DNA of 63,659 bases, the filler included, from Dimargaris cristalligena (lineage: Eukaryota): NCBI GenBank assembly GCA_003614675.1. It is 13 parts of 13 records of this genome, joined end to end, with 100 filler letters (N's around TTAATTAATTAA, not from the genome) between each part and the next. Parts side by side here need not be neighbours in the genome. Positions count along the whole stretch, not along the records: positions 58,915 to 63,659 come from ML003732.1; 12 more parts are not named here. One strand, 5' to 3'. Shown piece after piece: positions 62,901 through 63,659 of this stretch; positions within the stretch are counted from its first letter, which is position 1, and every line of letters begins with the position of its first letter. Made by a program: the position numbers and the translations under genes. Under the pieces are notes generated by a model. The model was given only the letters and a program-made list of their open reading frames with translations. It searched no databases and had not been told where the DNA came from.

Positions 62901-63659
62901 GCAGATTCACACCTTGCAACTCGCCCGTTCCAAAACTAAACGCCTGTGGGTACGCTGGAACGGCGATGCCCGGTGGCTGTTCCGTCATTTTCGGTTCTAC
63001 ATGTCTGGACTTCTGTTTGGCGCCAAACCGCGACCATCCCCTAAAAAATCAGAAACTGACCTGCGCAGAAAATCCCAACCCACCGAGTCCTGGGGAACGT
63101 TTCGCCAACATCCTTCGGGCCGGCATCATAATACGCCGAGTGACAAGAAACGCGATAGAGAGTTTGGTAAAATGCCCGTGGGTACCGTGTATGGCCGGTC
63201 CACTGGGGTCCTGGCTCGACCTGCTCAACCCCGCCCGCCGAATGTCTCGTCTAGCGCCGATTCGACTGTTCGCCGCCGCCGGTATGGCCGTCGTGATAGC
63301 CATTTGGCCGCGGAGCACAATGAACTCTACCATGACTATCGAGAAGCCGTAAGGCAGGTGTTCGATGAAAACATCGACGATACTAATTCCGAAAGCGGGT
63401 CCGAGTCTGAAACGACGGCTGGTCGTGAAGCCAGTTATAGTGGGTGTAATAGTCCGTCAAGCCCTGAGCCCAAATGGTGGTCCCGTTGGTTGGGGCGTGC
63501 ATGGCCTCCGTGCCTCACCAAGGGTAGCAGACACCTATCATACACCTCACTTGCTGATAGGGCCAGAAGCCACTCCCTTGAATTGAGACAGAGAAACCCC
63601 AATATGTCTAATGCGGACCAAACTGGCCCACAGCCGACCGAGACCGGGAGAATAGGCCA
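59905..63659 (+). CDS. Large membrane protein of the aromatic acid exporter/ALMT/FUSC-like (Bre4-type) family, 3' truncated, absent from the ORF track
   Basis: Frame 1 is open from ATG 59905 in the stretches I translated; Pro/Ser-rich N-terminus, transmembrane cluster at ~60840-61350 (APTIGAHVEAM, IALVSGIVFFPVS), then EAKYEISYS and EEAFLIFFFLFSLREVA. Confidence 0.8.
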   Translation, partial: MDRVSSTADSIPPRSPAHSPVSTPPDPAQTTPHGSPPHSLRRRPKALPDRLRPHRSRLVFRPPSRTPWRYPSARHSPSALRKPRSFPAHSAHSSMESVSAHPMSSESMSGYFDMSTQPVGVSSYRSEEPHPSSEGRESPERIHSSWATALHPRNSSPASQFQGSPPLQPLHPQAPLARVWSSRTTHSTGQLSAHPADPTGPQTYDMRHYPTSPVKLITELHPEPRPSPGEPNQFTWHSQDHPLRSRHSNTAHTPSWRRSYDYNHSDSSSRSSSLSSPPLTSPPPPPPRCWAQLRASLSAEAQVVIARLRPPGAMTRLIRSVLTFAISTLFILISSIEKWIGKYSYLLPFSTIFLCSAPTIGAHVEAMVLAYIGLALAFGYSLLGRFAAEECNRRFLQNGNHGARAILAVWLFVGLFQVSLFRVRNKRYYIPSILFCFPLILTMTAKVDNTTGAVAFVWAYFKPLIFGANIALVSGIVFFPVSAIFVLEKHVLTVMCRVLKVLDITTKAFLLRDSSAILTPQQFGAQMANVRQAMSALKEAALEAKYEISYSNHKPEDFDAIQNTLLLISQHLGSMTLSAQNERYLMNARVFLDQRTTCNEPTGHPPDLVLPLPRSDDGESTPVTEQSSGMYPYTPAVTMSACPSRPSSFQAGPGLHTPSVMSLDQPALIRRKPSVPKELAKADRKIFMQLLHSFGPSIQELSYLCELTLDRCVHQFIKNCEGFIQSSATVRIVNELPDDLLIHNYSVIEARYQKRAGDQSHGFFVNLYRHLIGLHTESEEAKLSSSEVPHHGKPAPPAAERGSPRPEPESPSTHPRTSASSVSIEIDDQGNFNRVVRPRRLSQLFAGPRMDVPENPAVPGGEKAAEATSGGEGSPTPAPAPSPSHSERPENQIPHPVRSNDPLSDADMQDFVNQIQQAIARFDKLEVTAIRKVYRHTMNVVGPTGPRDSHREPGGTGDGPSDSGNPALPFEEPREEAFLIFFFLFSLREVALLLSTLVTQIHTLQLARSKTKRLWVRWNGDARWLFRHFRFYMSGLLFGAKPRPSPKKSETDLRRKSQPTESWGTFRQHPSGRHHNTPSDKKRDREFGKMPVGTVYGRSTGVLARPAQPRPPNVSSSADSTVRRRRYGRRDSHLAAEHNELYHDYREAVRQVFDENIDDTNSESGSESETTAGREASYSGCNSPSSPEPKWWSRWLGRAWPPCLTKGSRHLSYTSLADRARSHSLELRQRNPNMSNADQTGPQPTETGRIG

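Noticed and set aside
1-63659. CRISPR arrays or rRNA genes
   Set aside because: No repeat-spacer periodicity or rRNA-like sequence seen.

Overview
This window is not one locus. It is 13 unrelated ~4.8-kb contigs, sorted by decreasing length and joined by artificial 100-nt spacers (N44-TTAATTAATTAA-N44). Most contigs are eukaryotic with GT-AG introns. The gene content (COX16, MED10, RRG9, RPB7, class 3 lipase, FMO, Sec7, WDR62/MAPKBP1-like, BK-channel-like, an intronless bacterial-style NRPS, tRNA-Leu) suggests an early-diverging fungus, by inference a zoopagomycete such as Dimargaris. Five things stand out. (1) Contig 44319-49090 looks like a decayed endogenous large DNA virus: intronless, AT-rich, tightly packed genes for a fibre protein, a CAP/PR-1 protein, a glycosyltransferase-like protein and a RING protein, each broken by nonsense mutations. 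(2) The RING gene of that contig appears to carry an N-terminal AID/APOBEC-like deaminase domain that the ORF track misses. (3) Repeats and duplicated gene fragments show directional C-to-T change at both CpG and CpA, a RIP-like signature not expected in this lineage. (4) A duplicated 208-nt block of seven hairpins matches no RNA I recognise. (5) Two intact genes look like pseudo-enzymes: a HAS1-like helicase with all motifs degenerate and a Sec7 protein lacking the glutamic finger. All homology calls are from motif recognition by eye; no searches were run.
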